From: a virus
Length of the DNA: 64,000 nt
Virus record (IMG/VR): IMGVR_UViG_3300018432_000001
Location: 78,478-142,477 of that record
Direction: 5' to 3' (one strand)
Shown: positions 9,736-19,153 of the stretch, in pieces
Layout: every line of letters begins with the position of its first letter
Position numbering within the stretch: the stretch's first letter is position 1
The notes under the pieces: model-generated
The model's input: only the letters and a program-made list of their open reading frames with translations
The model's database searches: none
Told to the model about the DNA's origin: nothing
Translations under genes and position numbers: made by a program

Positions 9736-9956
9736 TCCCGTTGATCGTGAGTCTGGTCTACACCGTTGCCATGCTGTTCACCGCACGCATGCTCTACCGC
9801 AACGCCGTCACCAGCGGCTTCGACGTCACCACTCCCGCGCGCCTATTCATGGGCGTCGGCTTCGCCCTGATCTATGCGCTGGCATGGCCGCTGCTGCTGC
9901 TGGGCATCGGGGCGGTGCGTTTCATCGTGCACCGCGCCAAGGGAGACGTCGCGTGA
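9732..9956 (+). CDS. Small membrane protein (two TM helices)
   Basis: MIPLIVSLVYTVAMLF...ALAWPLLLLGIG; ATGA and GTGA overlaps on both sides. Confidence 0.6.
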   Translation: MIPLIVSLVYTVAMLFTARMLYRNAVTSGFDVTTPARLFMGVGFALIYALAWPLLLLGIGAVRFIVHRAKGDVA

Positions 9957-10618
9957 ACGTCCTGGACTACCTCGAAGACGAGCTGCTGTCGTGCCTGTGC
10001 TCGATGCTGCGCACCGAAGGGCGTCCAGCTTGCGAGTGCCATCACTTCGGCGGTGACGTGCCGCCAGTCGGGGACCGCTGCCAAGCCAACACTGCCGGAG
10101 AGAACGGTCAAGTCTGGGTTCGCCGCATCTCGCAGGCGATCGAGGTCGATCCCGAAGACATCACGTTCGGTGGCCTCCCGTGCGCGAGTTCCTGGCAGGC
10201 GCAGATCGAGCTGGGCATCTACCGGTGCATCACCGCCATCCCCGACGACAACGGGAATGCACCATCACCGGCGGCCTACGACGCCGACCGGGATCTGCTC
10301 GTCGCTGATCGGGCGACCCTCGCGCAGGTGCTGTGCTGCTGGCCACTGGTCGGTGAGGCGCCCACTCCGGTGCCCTTCGACCTGCCTATCTCGGTGATCG
10401 CGGCGCAGATCCTGCCACTGGGGCCCACCGGAGGGTGTGCCGGTTCGATCTTGACGCTCGTTGTCAACGCGCCGCTCATCGTCGAAGAGCCCGTGGCGCA
10501 GCTGGTCGCCGGTGTCGATGCCGATCCTGCCGACCCGAGTGGTCAGACCGCCGTGGTCACCTGGCGAAACGAACCTGCGGAGGAGGTCTTCATTTCGCGT
10601 CCAGCCGGAGGTGGTTAA
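9953..10618 (+). CDS. Tail terminator-like protein with a C-terminal half-PKD tag
   Basis: GQVWVR, ELGIYRC and PLGPTGGCAG motifs; GTG start overlapping the upstream stop. Confidence 0.6.
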   Translation: MNVLDYLEDELLSCLCSMLRTEGRPACECHHFGGDVPPVGDRCQANTAGENGQVWVRRISQAIEVDPEDITFGGLPCASSWQAQIELGIYRCITAIPDDNGNAPSPAAYDADRDLLVADRATLAQVLCCWPLVGEAPTPVPFDLPISVIAAQILPLGPTGGCAGSILTLVVNAPLIVEEPVAQLVAGVDADPADPSGQTAVVTWRNEPAEEVFISRPAGGG

Positions 10619-11100
10619 TGGTCATCCGGTTGCGCGTAACGCGCGTCGACATCAACATGGCCGAAGCCAACCGGTTGCTGAACTCTCCGCAGGGCGAAGT
10701 GGCGTCGTTGGTGGTGCTGACGTCGCAGCGGGTGCGGGCGATGTGCGTGCAGCAGACCCCTGTGCAGGACGGCGACATGAAGGCCAGCTACGGGTTCGCG
10801 CTGCGTGTGCGGCCCTTCCGGTACATCATGGGCCGCGTTATGAACTTCGACGAGGCGGCGCTGTGGGTGCAGATCGGCACCGGGATCTATGGCAAACGGG
10901 GACGACCGATCACGCCGAACACGAAGCGGTTCCTGCGGTTCGAAGGCAAACGAGATGGTGCGCTGCTGTATCGGCGGTCGGTGAAAGGACAACCGGCAAA
11001 CCCGTTCATGTTGCGTGGCCTGATCAGGGGGACGTCGGGGCGCCAGCGGTGGGTGATCACGCCCGGTTCGGGGGTGCGGAACATCGGGTCGGGACCGTGA
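10618..11100 (+). CDS. HK97 gp10-like neck/minor tail protein
   Basis: TPVQDGDMKAS, ALWVQIGTG and VKGQPANPFM motifs. Confidence 0.7.
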   Translation: MVIRLRVTRVDINMAEANRLLNSPQGEVASLVVLTSQRVRAMCVQQTPVQDGDMKASYGFALRVRPFRYIMGRVMNFDEAALWVQIGTGIYGKRGRPITPNTKRFLRFEGKRDGALLYRRSVKGQPANPFMLRGLIRGTSGRQRWVITPGSGVRNIGSGP

Positions 11101-11155
11101 CACACCGGAACCCAAATGTCTGATTTAGTCGCATTAGTAGGGTTAGATCCTTTAT

Positions 11156-11668
11156 GTGACTGATGATCTGTTTACCTCGCGTCCGCTGGCCGATGCCCAG
11201 AAGCAGTACGCCAAGACCAGCCCCGCCGCGCAGCCGCAGAACGGGGCCCAGCCGCAGCGGGCCATCCGGCCGCAGCCCATTCTCGACATCAACCTCGACG
11301 ATGTTCCCGAGACTTCCTACGCCGAATTCGTGTTCCAGCTCAAAGGCAACATCTACACCCTCGGCATCGACGACGACACCGTGCTGTTCGACATCGCCGA
11401 GATGAGCATGGACGAGGTCAGCCCCACCGACCTCTTCGAGTACTTCTTCGAACGCACTTTCCGGCGCGCCGTCGACGAGAACGGCGACGAGATCGACGAC
11501 GGCCTCGGCGTGCTCCTGCGGGCCACCGCCGCCCGCCCGCGCGACAACTCCCGTCCGGTGCCCAGGCAGCAGCTGCTGCGGATCATGAACACGGCCGTCG
11601 AGGACTGGATGGGCGAGCTCACCGACACGAACATGCGGCCTAAGCGCCGTTCGGGTCGCCGTCGTTGA
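11156..11668 (+). CDS. Tail assembly chaperone (putative)
   Basis: Acidic small protein two genes before the tape measure. Confidence 0.55.
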   Translation: MTDDLFTSRPLADAQKQYAKTSPAAQPQNGAQPQRAIRPQPILDINLDDVPETSYAEFVFQLKGNIYTLGIDDDTVLFDIAEMSMDEVSPTDLFEYFFERTFRRAVDENGDEIDDGLGVLLRATAARPRDNSRPVPRQQLLRIMNTAVEDWMGELTDTNMRPKRRSGRRR

Positions 11669-12195
11669 TCTCCTCGTTCGCCACCACTGTCCACATGCCT
11701 GGGATCTCGCCCGACCGCGTGCTGCTGCGCATCGACGACGAGGACTTCGAGTTGCCGGTTCCAGGCGCGCAGCGCCTCCTGGACATCGGTGCCTCCTACG
11801 GATGGCGCCATCTCATGCCCGACGGCCTGGTCACGGTGGACAAGGAGCGCATGTACGAGCGCCTGAAAGACCCCGAGGACTTGATGAGCTGGAAGCGGCT
11901 GCACGTGATCGCGCAGCCGCTGGGGCTCTATCTCTACGGGTTCCCGTTCTTCGTGGCCTCGCGCGCGCTGGGAACGCTGCGGCACTACCTCACGTCGTTT
12001 CGCATGTGGTCGGTATGCAACCTGCGGATCGATCTGGCCACGGCGAGCGCGGCCGACTGGTGCGCGGCGGCGGTGACGTGGCTGGTGCAGACCGGTGACA
12101 AGGAGGAGAAGCGGCTGGAGATGTGGGCGCAGCTGACGACGCCGGGGGTGTTGCCCATGGAAGCGCCGGGGGTGAGCCCCGATTGGATGGCTTAA
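11665..12195 (+). CDS. Second tail assembly chaperone (putative)
   Basis: Immediately precedes the tape measure; -1 frame relative to the upstream gene. Confidence 0.5.
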   Translation: MISSFATTVHMPGISPDRVLLRIDDEDFELPVPGAQRLLDIGASYGWRHLMPDGLVTVDKERMYERLKDPEDLMSWKRLHVIAQPLGLYLYGFPFFVASRALGTLRHYLTSFRMWSVCNLRIDLATASAADWCAAAVTWLVQTGDKEEKRLEMWAQLTTPGVLPMEAPGVSPDWMA

Positions 12196-12262
12196 CTAAC
12201 CACAAGACGTACCATAATACCCGTATGCCCGATTTGTGATCTAATGAGAACTTGGGGGGGTT

Positions 12263-15200
12263 ATGGCAGTAATTGCGACTGCAGAAGTTCGCGTTGTCGC
12301 CGACACCTCCCGGTTCCTCTCCAACCTGCGGCGCCAACTGCGCGGTGCCTTCAGCCAAATCGGCGCCCAAGCTGCCCAGCAGTTCACCAACGCCTTCAAC
12401 CAGAACATCGGCAACCAGTTCACCGGCGGTCTTCGCCGCGCAGGCCAGCAAGGTGGCGTCTCCTTCACCGACGGATTGCGCACCGCCCTGCGCCGAGGGC
12501 TGCGCGGCATCCAGATCCTCGGCTTCCTCAACCTCGCCATCGTCCAAGGCCTCCAAGGGGCTGCGCAGCTGGTCTCCAGGGGGTTGCGCGTTGCCTTCGT
12601 GGAGGGTGGCCGTGGCATCGTCACCGCGTTCCAGAACGCCGTGGTCAACCCCCTACGCACCTTGATCGGGAACCTCTTCGGCCGGGCGCTGAACGCCACG
12701 CTGTCGCGTCTGGCACCCCTGTTCGCCGCTGCCGGAGCCGCAGCCCGCAACGCCTTCTTCAGCCAGATGGCCGGAATCGGCGCGGCCATCACGAATTTCA
12801 TCAACAGCCCCGTCGGCCAGGCACTGGGTCGCATCCCGGCGCTGTTCCGCGCCGCAGGCGACCTCGCTCGTGAGGCGTTCTTCCAGCGTATGGCCGGAAT
12901 CGGCGCGGGCATCATGAACATCATCGAAGGGCCGATCGGGCGCGCCGCCACCCGCATCGGGCAGCTCTTCGGCGCGGCCGGTGACCTGGCGCGCGAGTCG
13001 TTCTTCCGCAGTATGGCGGGCATTGGCGCCGGGATCACGAACTTCATCGAGAGCCCGGTCGGCCGGGCACTGGGCAGGCTTCCCGCGCTGTTCCGCGCCG
13101 CAGGCGACCTGGCCCGCGAGGCGTTCTTCCAGCGCATGGCGGGCATCGGTGCGCTCATCACCAATGTTCTGGAAAGTCCGATCGGACGTGCCCTGGGTCG
13201 CCTCCCGGCGCTGTTCCAGGCGTTCGGCACCCGTGCCAGTGATGCGTTCGGGCGCGGTCTGCTGCGGTTGCGCACAGCGGGTACGACGGCCGTCAACAAC
13301 ATCACGCAGGCGATCAACCGTGCAGGTCCACGTATTCAGGCAGCGGCCACCCGTGCGTTCGGTCCCGCTGCGCAGAGCGTCCAGCGGGCCTTCAACCTCA
13401 TCCCCTGGGCACGCATCGGCCAGGGCATCGGCCAGTTGTTCGGCCGGGGTGTCGGCGATGGAGCTGAGGAGGAGACGCAGCGGCGCGGCCAGAGCATCGG
13501 CGCGCGCTTCGGATCGGCCATGACCCGAGGCCTCACCGCCGGGCTGCGCGGCCTCAGCACCGCACTTGCGTCCATCTCGCTGCGGCCCTTGCAAGCCTTG
13601 GCCGGAATCTTGGGCAACGCCACCAGCGAGATGATCTCCATGGCGGCTCAGGCCCTGGTCGTGGTCGGCCTCCTGGAGTCGCTCTCAGGCGCCCTGTTCG
13701 CACTCCCCGCCGTGCTCAACGTCGTAGGCGCCGGTGTCGCCACCGTCGCCATCGCCTTCAACGGCTTCGGCGCCGCTATCGGCGCGGCCTTCGAAGACAC
13801 CGCCGCCTTCGAAGAGGCGCTTGAAGGCCTCGCTCCAGCGGCCCAGAGCGTCGCCCGCGAGTTCCAGGCCATCGCCCCCGCGCTCACCGACATGCGCCTG
13901 GGCGCGCAGGAGGCACTGTTCTCCCAGCTCGCAGGCACCATCACTGCCGTTGCCGATAACCTGCTCGGCCCCCTCAGCGAGGGCCTGAACCTCGCTGCCG
14001 CGTCTTTCGGGGGGATCGTCGCCGGGATCGGCGAGTTCCTCGCCCAGAGCGCCACCGCTGGCACCGTTACCGCCACGTTCGCGACGCTTTCCGCCATCTT
14101 CGACGCGCTCGCGGTGTCCACAGTGCCATTCCTGGAGGCGATGCGCCTCCTGGCCGACACCTTCCTGCCTCGAATCGCCGAAGCAGCCGGTCCCCTCGCC
14201 GGGCTCGGCGCCCAGTTCCAGGCCTGGACTGAGCAGGTCGTCGCCTCCGGCGACGCCATGGCCGCCTTCGACTTCGCCATTCAGGTGTTTCAGCAGCTCG
14301 CCGGGGTAGTCGGCAGTCTCGCCGGGATCTTCCAGGCAGTCTTCTCAGCTGCCGAGCTCGCCGGTGTCGACGCGCTGGGCGCCATCGGCGAAGGACTCGA
14401 AGTCGTCCGCACCACCTTCGAATCGTTCGAGGGGCAAGCGGCCCTGGCAAACGTGTTCGCGGCCATCGGCACCACCGTGCAGGCCCTAGCGCCCGTCTTC
14501 GCCACCCTGGTGACCCAGCTCGGCCTCGTCTTCCCGATCGTCGGGCTGATCGCCGAGGCGCTGGGCCCCAGCTTGTCGGTCGTCCTCGAAGGACTCGGGC
14601 AGGCCCTGCTCGCCCTCGGCCCCGGCGTCGTCGAGGTCTTCGCCGGGATCGCCGCCGCCGCTGAAGCCATTGCCCCCTCCCTCGCCCCCCTTGGCGCGGC
14701 CATCGGCGCCGTACTGACAGCGATCGCACCGATACTCCCTGTGATCGGCGAGCTGATCGGGATCGTCGTCACCCTCGGTGCGCAGATCCTCTCAGTGTTG
14801 GCAAGCGCGATCATGCCGATCGTGCAGGCGCTCGCAGGCGCCCTAGCTCCAGTTTTGCCCCTTATTGCCGATTTGTTCACCAGGCTGGTCACGGCGCTCG
14901 CGCCCGTGATCGAGGCTCTGGGCGCCGGGCTGGCAAGCGTTATCGCGACCCTGCTGCCGCCGATTCTGCAGCTCGTCGCCGCGCTCGCGGAGGCCTTGAT
15001 GCCGATCATCGAGGCGCTTTTGCCCGTTTTGACCCCAATTATTGAGATTTTCTTCCAACTGGTCAATGTGATCGGTTCGTTGCTCGTTCCCATCATTTCC
15101 CTGCTTTTGCCCATTATTGAGGCACTTAGTCCGGTTTTGCAGCTGGTCGGGCTCGTCCTCGCTCCCCTGCTGGAGCTCTTCTCGGCGATCCTGGAGCCGA

Positions 15201-16051
15201 TCACCACGCTGATCACGCTGATCGCGGGCCTGCTCACGCCCGTGATCGAGTTCCTGGCCGAGATCATCGGCGCGATCATCGGTGCCGCGCTGACGCCGCT
15301 GACCGCCGCCTTCGGGTTCCTGGCCGACATCCTCGCTGACCACGTCATTCCGTGGTTCGAGGAGAGCACCGCGATCCTGAAGCTGTTCTGGGAGACCGCG
15401 ATTGAGCCGCTGATCGAGTGGATCGGTCGGCTCAGCAGCGGGGTCACCGAGCGATTCGGCACTATCCGTGACGCAGTGACCACTCTCTGGAATCTGTGGA
15501 AAAACCGGTTCGACCTCATGGAGAGCCTGATCGAGACCGTGGTCGACGTGGTCTCCGACGCGGCAGGCAACATCGGTGACTTCTTCAGTAACATGGGCGA
15601 CACGATCAGTGACGTCTTTGACAACATGCTGGACGGCCTGCGCAGCGCCCGCGACACCATCTCCGGCATCGTCGACTCGATCGTCGGATTCGTCCAGGAC
15701 GCCATCAACACCGCCCAGAACCTCGGCGACATCGACCTCAACCCGTTCGCCAACGGCGGCATCGTCAACGGACCCACCGCCGCGCTCATCGGCGAAGCGG
15801 GACGCGAGGTCGTCATCCCCCTCACCCGGCCCCAGCGCGCCGCCGAACTCGCCCAGCAGTCGGGACTCATCGATCTGCTCGCTGCCCAAGGCGCTCTTGG
15901 TGGAGCTTCCATCAGCGGCACACCAGCCGGTCCTGTCGTCGGTGAGATGCACGTCCACTCCCAAAACGCCGATCCCGAGCAGGTCGCTCGCAAGGCGCTG
16001 CGAATCATCGAGCGCCGCATGGGCGGCCGGGGATTGGAGCGACTCTCATGA
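12263..16051 (+). CDS. Tape measure protein
   Basis: 1262 aa, Ala/Gly/Leu-rich helical repeats; N-terminal IATAEVRVVADT; C-terminal PFANGGIV..IGEAGREVVIPL. Confidence 0.92.
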   Translation: MAVIATAEVRVVADTSRFLSNLRRQLRGAFSQIGAQAAQQFTNAFNQNIGNQFTGGLRRAGQQGGVSFTDGLRTALRRGLRGIQILGFLNLAIVQGLQGAAQLVSRGLRVAFVEGGRGIVTAFQNAVVNPLRTLIGNLFGRALNATLSRLAPLFAAAGAAARNAFFSQMAGIGAAITNFINSPVGQALGRIPALFRAAGDLAREAFFQRMAGIGAGIMNIIEGPIGRAATRIGQLFGAAGDLARESFFRSMAGIGAGITNFIESPVGRALGRLPALFRAAGDLAREAFFQRMAGIGALITNVLESPIGRALGRLPALFQAFGTRASDAFGRGLLRLRTAGTTAVNNITQAINRAGPRIQAAATRAFGPAAQSVQRAFNLIPWARIGQGIGQLFGRGVGDGAEEETQRRGQSIGARFGSAMTRGLTAGLRGLSTALASISLRPLQALAGILGNATSEMISMAAQALVVVGLLESLSGALFALPAVLNVVGAGVATVAIAFNGFGAAIGAAFEDTAAFEEALEGLAPAAQSVAREFQAIAPALTDMRLGAQEALFSQLAGTITAVADNLLGPLSEGLNLAAASFGGIVAGIGEFLAQSATAGTVTATFATLSAIFDALAVSTVPFLEAMRLLADTFLPRIAEAAGPLAGLGAQFQAWTEQVVASGDAMAAFDFAIQVFQQLAGVVGSLAGIFQAVFSAAELAGVDALGAIGEGLEVVRTTFESFEGQAALANVFAAIGTTVQALAPVFATLVTQLGLVFPIVGLIAEALGPSLSVVLEGLGQALLALGPGVVEVFAGIAAAAEAIAPSLAPLGAAIGAVLTAIAPILPVIGELIGIVVTLGAQILSVLASAIMPIVQALAGALAPVLPLIADLFTRLVTALAPVIEALGAGLASVIATLLPPILQLVAALAEALMPIIEALLPVLTPIIEIFFQLVNVIGSLLVPIISLLLPIIEALSPVLQLVGLVLAPLLELFSAILEPITTLITLIAGLLTPVIEFLAEIIGAIIGAALTPLTAAFGFLADILADHVIPWFEESTAILKLFWETAIEPLIEWIGRLSSGVTERFGTIRDAVTTLWNLWKNRFDLMESLIETVVDVVSDAAGNIGDFFSNMGDTISDVFDNMLDGLRSARDTISGIVDSIVGFVQDAINTAQNLGDIDLNPFANGGIVNGPTAALIGEAGREVVIPLTRPQRAAELAQQSGLIDLLAAQGALGGASISGTPAGPVVGEMHVHSQNADPEQVARKALRIIERRMGGRGLERLS
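12707..13216 (+). repeat. 123-bp (41-aa) tandem repeats in the tape measure
   Basis: About 4.2 copies of RLPALFRAAGDLAREAFFQRMAGIGAGITNFIESPVGRALG. Confidence 0.85.
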
Positions 16052-17259
16052 TAACCGACCGCGCCGGATGGATGAGCTTCGACGGCACCGAGGTCATCAA
16101 CTCCGCACGTCTGGCCGCCTACCTCGCGCACAGCCCGTGCGACCCCGGGGCGGTCACCATCTGCGTGCCGTGCCCCGAGCTCGTCGCCGAAGTCTCTGAC
16201 CCCCCGTTCATCTCCCCCCAGGCCGATGTCGCCCCCTGGTACGACCTGGCAGTACCGGTGTCGGCCGAATTCCTCGGCATCGGCGGCGTCGACATCGAGG
16301 GCCTGTGGATGCATCCTTCCGAGGTCGTCGACGGCGTCATCGTCCGCGACATGACCATCCGCGTCATCCTCGCCGGACTGTCCGAAGCCGCCGTGTCGTA
16401 CGGCTTGGCGTGGCTGTCGATGGCACTCACCGGCTCCTACTGCCCCACAGGCTCGTGCATCGGCGGCCAGATGTGCGTCGCTGTGGCATGCCCGACTGCG
16501 ACCGCACCCGACCCGGTTCGCACGCTCGTGGACGTCTCAGCGCTGGAGCGCCCGCAAGTCCTGTCGATCTGGCGCTCAGGACTGGTGACGTTCTGGGAGG
16601 TCGAGTTCGTCATGCGAAGCCGCAATGTCGGATTGTTCCAGGACGCGGACATCAACCTGGTGTTCAACGCGGCGAGCGCGGAGCGGACCACCGTCAACCT
16701 GCTGGACGCCTACGAGAACTGCGCGATTGTCACGCCGTGCGCGACTGATCCCGAATGCCCGCGCCCGATCATCCCTGAAGTGCCCGAGGCGCCCCTGGAC
16801 GCCTGCTACCCGGTCGAAGACTTCGAGGCCTACCACCAGATCGCGTCTGTGGAGGGCACGAGTGTCCCCTCCTGGCTGGAGCTGGTGCCGGTGATCCGCA
16901 TCCGCGCCGGAGACGCGGACCTGCGCAACGTGACCATCCGGTTCTACCAGAACCCGCTCGGTCTGGACTGCACCGATCTGATCGCGGTCGATCCGTGTAT
17001 GGCCTGCACCGACATCACGGTCTTGTTCGTTCCTTCCGGGGGCGAGACGGTCATCGACGGACGCGTCTCACGCGCCCAAACCGTATGCCTCGGCGGCGAT
17101 GTCGACGTCCCGGCACTCTACGGACCCGGCGGTCGCACGTTCTCCTGGCCGACGTTCTCCTGCGGCTACGGACTCTGCGTCGAAGTACTCGCCGCCGTCG
17201 GCGCCGACATCGAAGCGCAAGTCGACGTCGCCCTCTACACCCGATGGGAAGCCGCCTGA
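16048..17259 (+). CDS. Cys-rich distal/minor tail protein
   Basis: Follows the tape measure; GTEVINSAR..Y and APWYD...SAEFLG motifs. Confidence 0.7.
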   Translation: MITDRAGWMSFDGTEVINSARLAAYLAHSPCDPGAVTICVPCPELVAEVSDPPFISPQADVAPWYDLAVPVSAEFLGIGGVDIEGLWMHPSEVVDGVIVRDMTIRVILAGLSEAAVSYGLAWLSMALTGSYCPTGSCIGGQMCVAVACPTATAPDPVRTLVDVSALERPQVLSIWRSGLVTFWEVEFVMRSRNVGLFQDADINLVFNAASAERTTVNLLDAYENCAIVTPCATDPECPRPIIPEVPEAPLDACYPVEDFEAYHQIASVEGTSVPSWLELVPVIRIRAGDADLRNVTIRFYQNPLGLDCTDLIAVDPCMACTDITVLFVPSGGETVIDGRVSRAQTVCLGGDVDVPALYGPGGRTFSWPTFSCGYGLCVEVLAAVGADIEAQVDVALYTRWEAA

Positions 17260-18476
17260 TGGTGTCGCTATCGCCGCTGCTGGGATGCGCCGGGCAGTAC
17301 CGTGTGGAGGTCTACCTCCTGCAACGCACTGACAACAACGACAACCCGCTGCCGGTACCGGAGATGCGGTTCATCGGCGTCCTTGAAGGCATCACCCAGG
17401 TCACCTGGACCCGGCGGCTTCGCGCCTTCTCCGAAGCGATCATCACGCTCGACTTCAACCAAGCGTCACCGGAGTGCTGCCGCCTGTTCGACATCGTCGC
17501 CAACTCGGTGCGCGTGGCGCAGCTGCGCATCTGGCGTGACGACGTCCAAGTGTGGGAGGGCGAGGTGATGCAGGCGATCGAGACCACGGGTTCCACCGTG
17601 AAAGAGATCAACGCCCGCGACGTCATCCAGCGCTTGGAAGACACCGTCAACAACTTCGACCTCGAATACCTGGAGATGCCCGTCACCGACATCGCGTTCG
17701 ACATTATCGAACGAAATCTGCTCAACCCAGCGTTCTCCGACCCGCTCGACGACACCCTCATCCTGCCGCAGATCGTGGTCGAAACCGTCACAGACCCCGA
17801 CGACACCATCAACTACCGTCCGGGCGCCAAGGTCGCTACTGTCGGGGAGCTGCTGCGTGCCCTGGGACAGTCGTACGGATTGGACTTCACCGTCATCAAC
17901 CGGTCCCTCCGTCTGCAGCGGCGACGAACCACCCAGGACCAGACCTACGCCAGACTGAACACCCATCACCTCATCGGCGAGGCCGAAGCCCGCTCGAATG
18001 GCAACGAAGCCGCCACCAGAGGCTGGGCCACCACCCAGAAAGAAGACGACACTGAACCACGGGGCCTGGAAACCAACGAGTACTGGCCTGGCATCACACA
18101 GAACTTCGGCGTCACCGGCACACGGTACGGACGCATTGACGTGCTTAACCGGGTCCAGGACAACAACGCAGACGTAGGCGACGTCCTGTCCTCGGCGAAA
18201 CGTGCCGTCTGGGGACGCAACCCGCCGCCGTCGGAGATCCTGCTGCCGACCACGGCCCAGCTCTCCCCATCCGCACCGCTGACAATGCCCGAACTCGTTC
18301 CGGGCCTGAGATTCGACTTCTTCGCCGAGGAAGGCCTGTGTAGGCCCATCCGACAGGGCATGCGGCTCCTGGGGGTGGAGGTCACGTGGACACCGTCAGG
18401 TGCCAACACCGAGGAAGGCGAAGAAGTTGCCGTGGAACTGTCGACGCTGTCGGACGTTACCGGGGTAGAGCCATAG
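17259..18476 (+). CDS. Minor tail (baseplate hub-like) protein
   Basis: TGATG coupling; LRIWRDDVQVWEG and LVPG motifs. Confidence 0.7.
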   Translation: MVSLSPLLGCAGQYRVEVYLLQRTDNNDNPLPVPEMRFIGVLEGITQVTWTRRLRAFSEAIITLDFNQASPECCRLFDIVANSVRVAQLRIWRDDVQVWEGEVMQAIETTGSTVKEINARDVIQRLEDTVNNFDLEYLEMPVTDIAFDIIERNLLNPAFSDPLDDTLILPQIVVETVTDPDDTINYRPGAKVATVGELLRALGQSYGLDFTVINRSLRLQRRRTTQDQTYARLNTHHLIGEAEARSNGNEAATRGWATTQKEDDTEPRGLETNEYWPGITQNFGVTGTRYGRIDVLNRVQDNNADVGDVLSSAKRAVWGRNPPPSEILLPTTAQLSPSAPLTMPELVPGLRFDFFAEEGLCRPIRQGMRLLGVEVTWTPSGANTEEGEEVAVELSTLSDVTGVEP

Positions 18477-18479
18477 CAA

Positions 18480-18515
18480 GAACGGACCCACCCGCTTTCG
18501 CGGATGGGTCCGTTC
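18480..18515. terminator. Hairpin terminator between convergent genes
   Basis: GAACGGACCCA-CCCGC / GCGG-A-TGGGTCCGTTC. Confidence 0.7.
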
Positions 18516-18525
18516 GAAGGTCTTG

Positions 18526-18672
18526 CTATGGGTTCTTTTCTTGACGCTTCGACTTCACGAACACGTCTAGCGCTTCGACCATCAGGGCGTTCATCGGGCG
18601 CTTTGTCTCAGCCGCCATCACCTTGAGATCCGTGTGGAGTTGATCGGGGAGCTCAATCGTCGTTCTCTTCAC
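18526..18672 (-). CDS. Ribbon-helix-helix (CopG/ParG-like) protein, 48 aa
   Basis: VKRTTIELPDQLHTDLKVMAAETKRPMNALMVEALD is a classical RHH pattern. Confidence 0.75.
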   Translation of the reverse strand: MKRTTIELPDQLHTDLKVMAAETKRPMNALMVEALDVFVKSKRQEKNP

Positions 18673-19153
18673 CAGATCCCCAATCGTTCTCCCTGGCGTT
18701 GACACGCTCACAAGCTTCACCGTAGTAGTACTCGGCGTAGGGATCTCCCGCGAGACCGCGCTTGAACGTTTCCGCGATGATGTCGGCAGCCGGGCGCTTC
18801 TCCACCTGCGACTTCTTACCGATGGTCTCGATGACCCACACAGGCCACCGGTGGCTGACGCTCGAACGTTCCAGCTGAGGGTGACCGTGGTGTGCACGCA
18901 CGCTGTCAAGCATGCCGATGATCTCAGCGGCAGTGTTCTTAGCAGCGTTTTCTGACGTTTGTCCGTTCGTGCGTGCACGCGTGCGTGCACTACTGGACGA
19001 ACCGGACTTCTTATCCCTCTTCAGCTGCTCGCTTGCCTGCGGTTCCTCGGTTCGAACCTCGACAGTTGGGGGTTCGGCGCTGTCGGTCGGTTCCGACATG
19101 GGGGGGATCTGCGGGGGAGGGGGGGCCGGGACGTTCATGTTGTCACGCGCCAT
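18653..19153 (-). CDS. ParA partner / centromere-binding protein (putative)
   Basis: Directly downstream of parA; AGGAGG RBS; disordered N-terminus and RHH-like C-terminus. Confidence 0.6.
   Translation of the reverse strand: MARDNMNVPAPPPPQIPPMSEPTDSAEPPTVEVRTEEPQASEQLKRDKKSGSSSSARTRARTNGQTSENAAKNTAAEIIGMLDSVRAHHGHPQLERSSVSHRWPVWVIETIGKKSQVEKRPAADIIAETFKRGLAGDPYAEYYYGEACERVNARENDWGSGEENDD

Noticed and set aside
9732-9956. Holin call for the small membrane gene
   Set aside because: No endolysin nearby and no holin-specific features
11640-11670. Programmed -1 frameshift between the two tail assembly chaperones
   Set aside because: The -1 frame has a TAA at 11641, and there is no XXXYYYZ slippery heptamer between it and the upstream gene's stop
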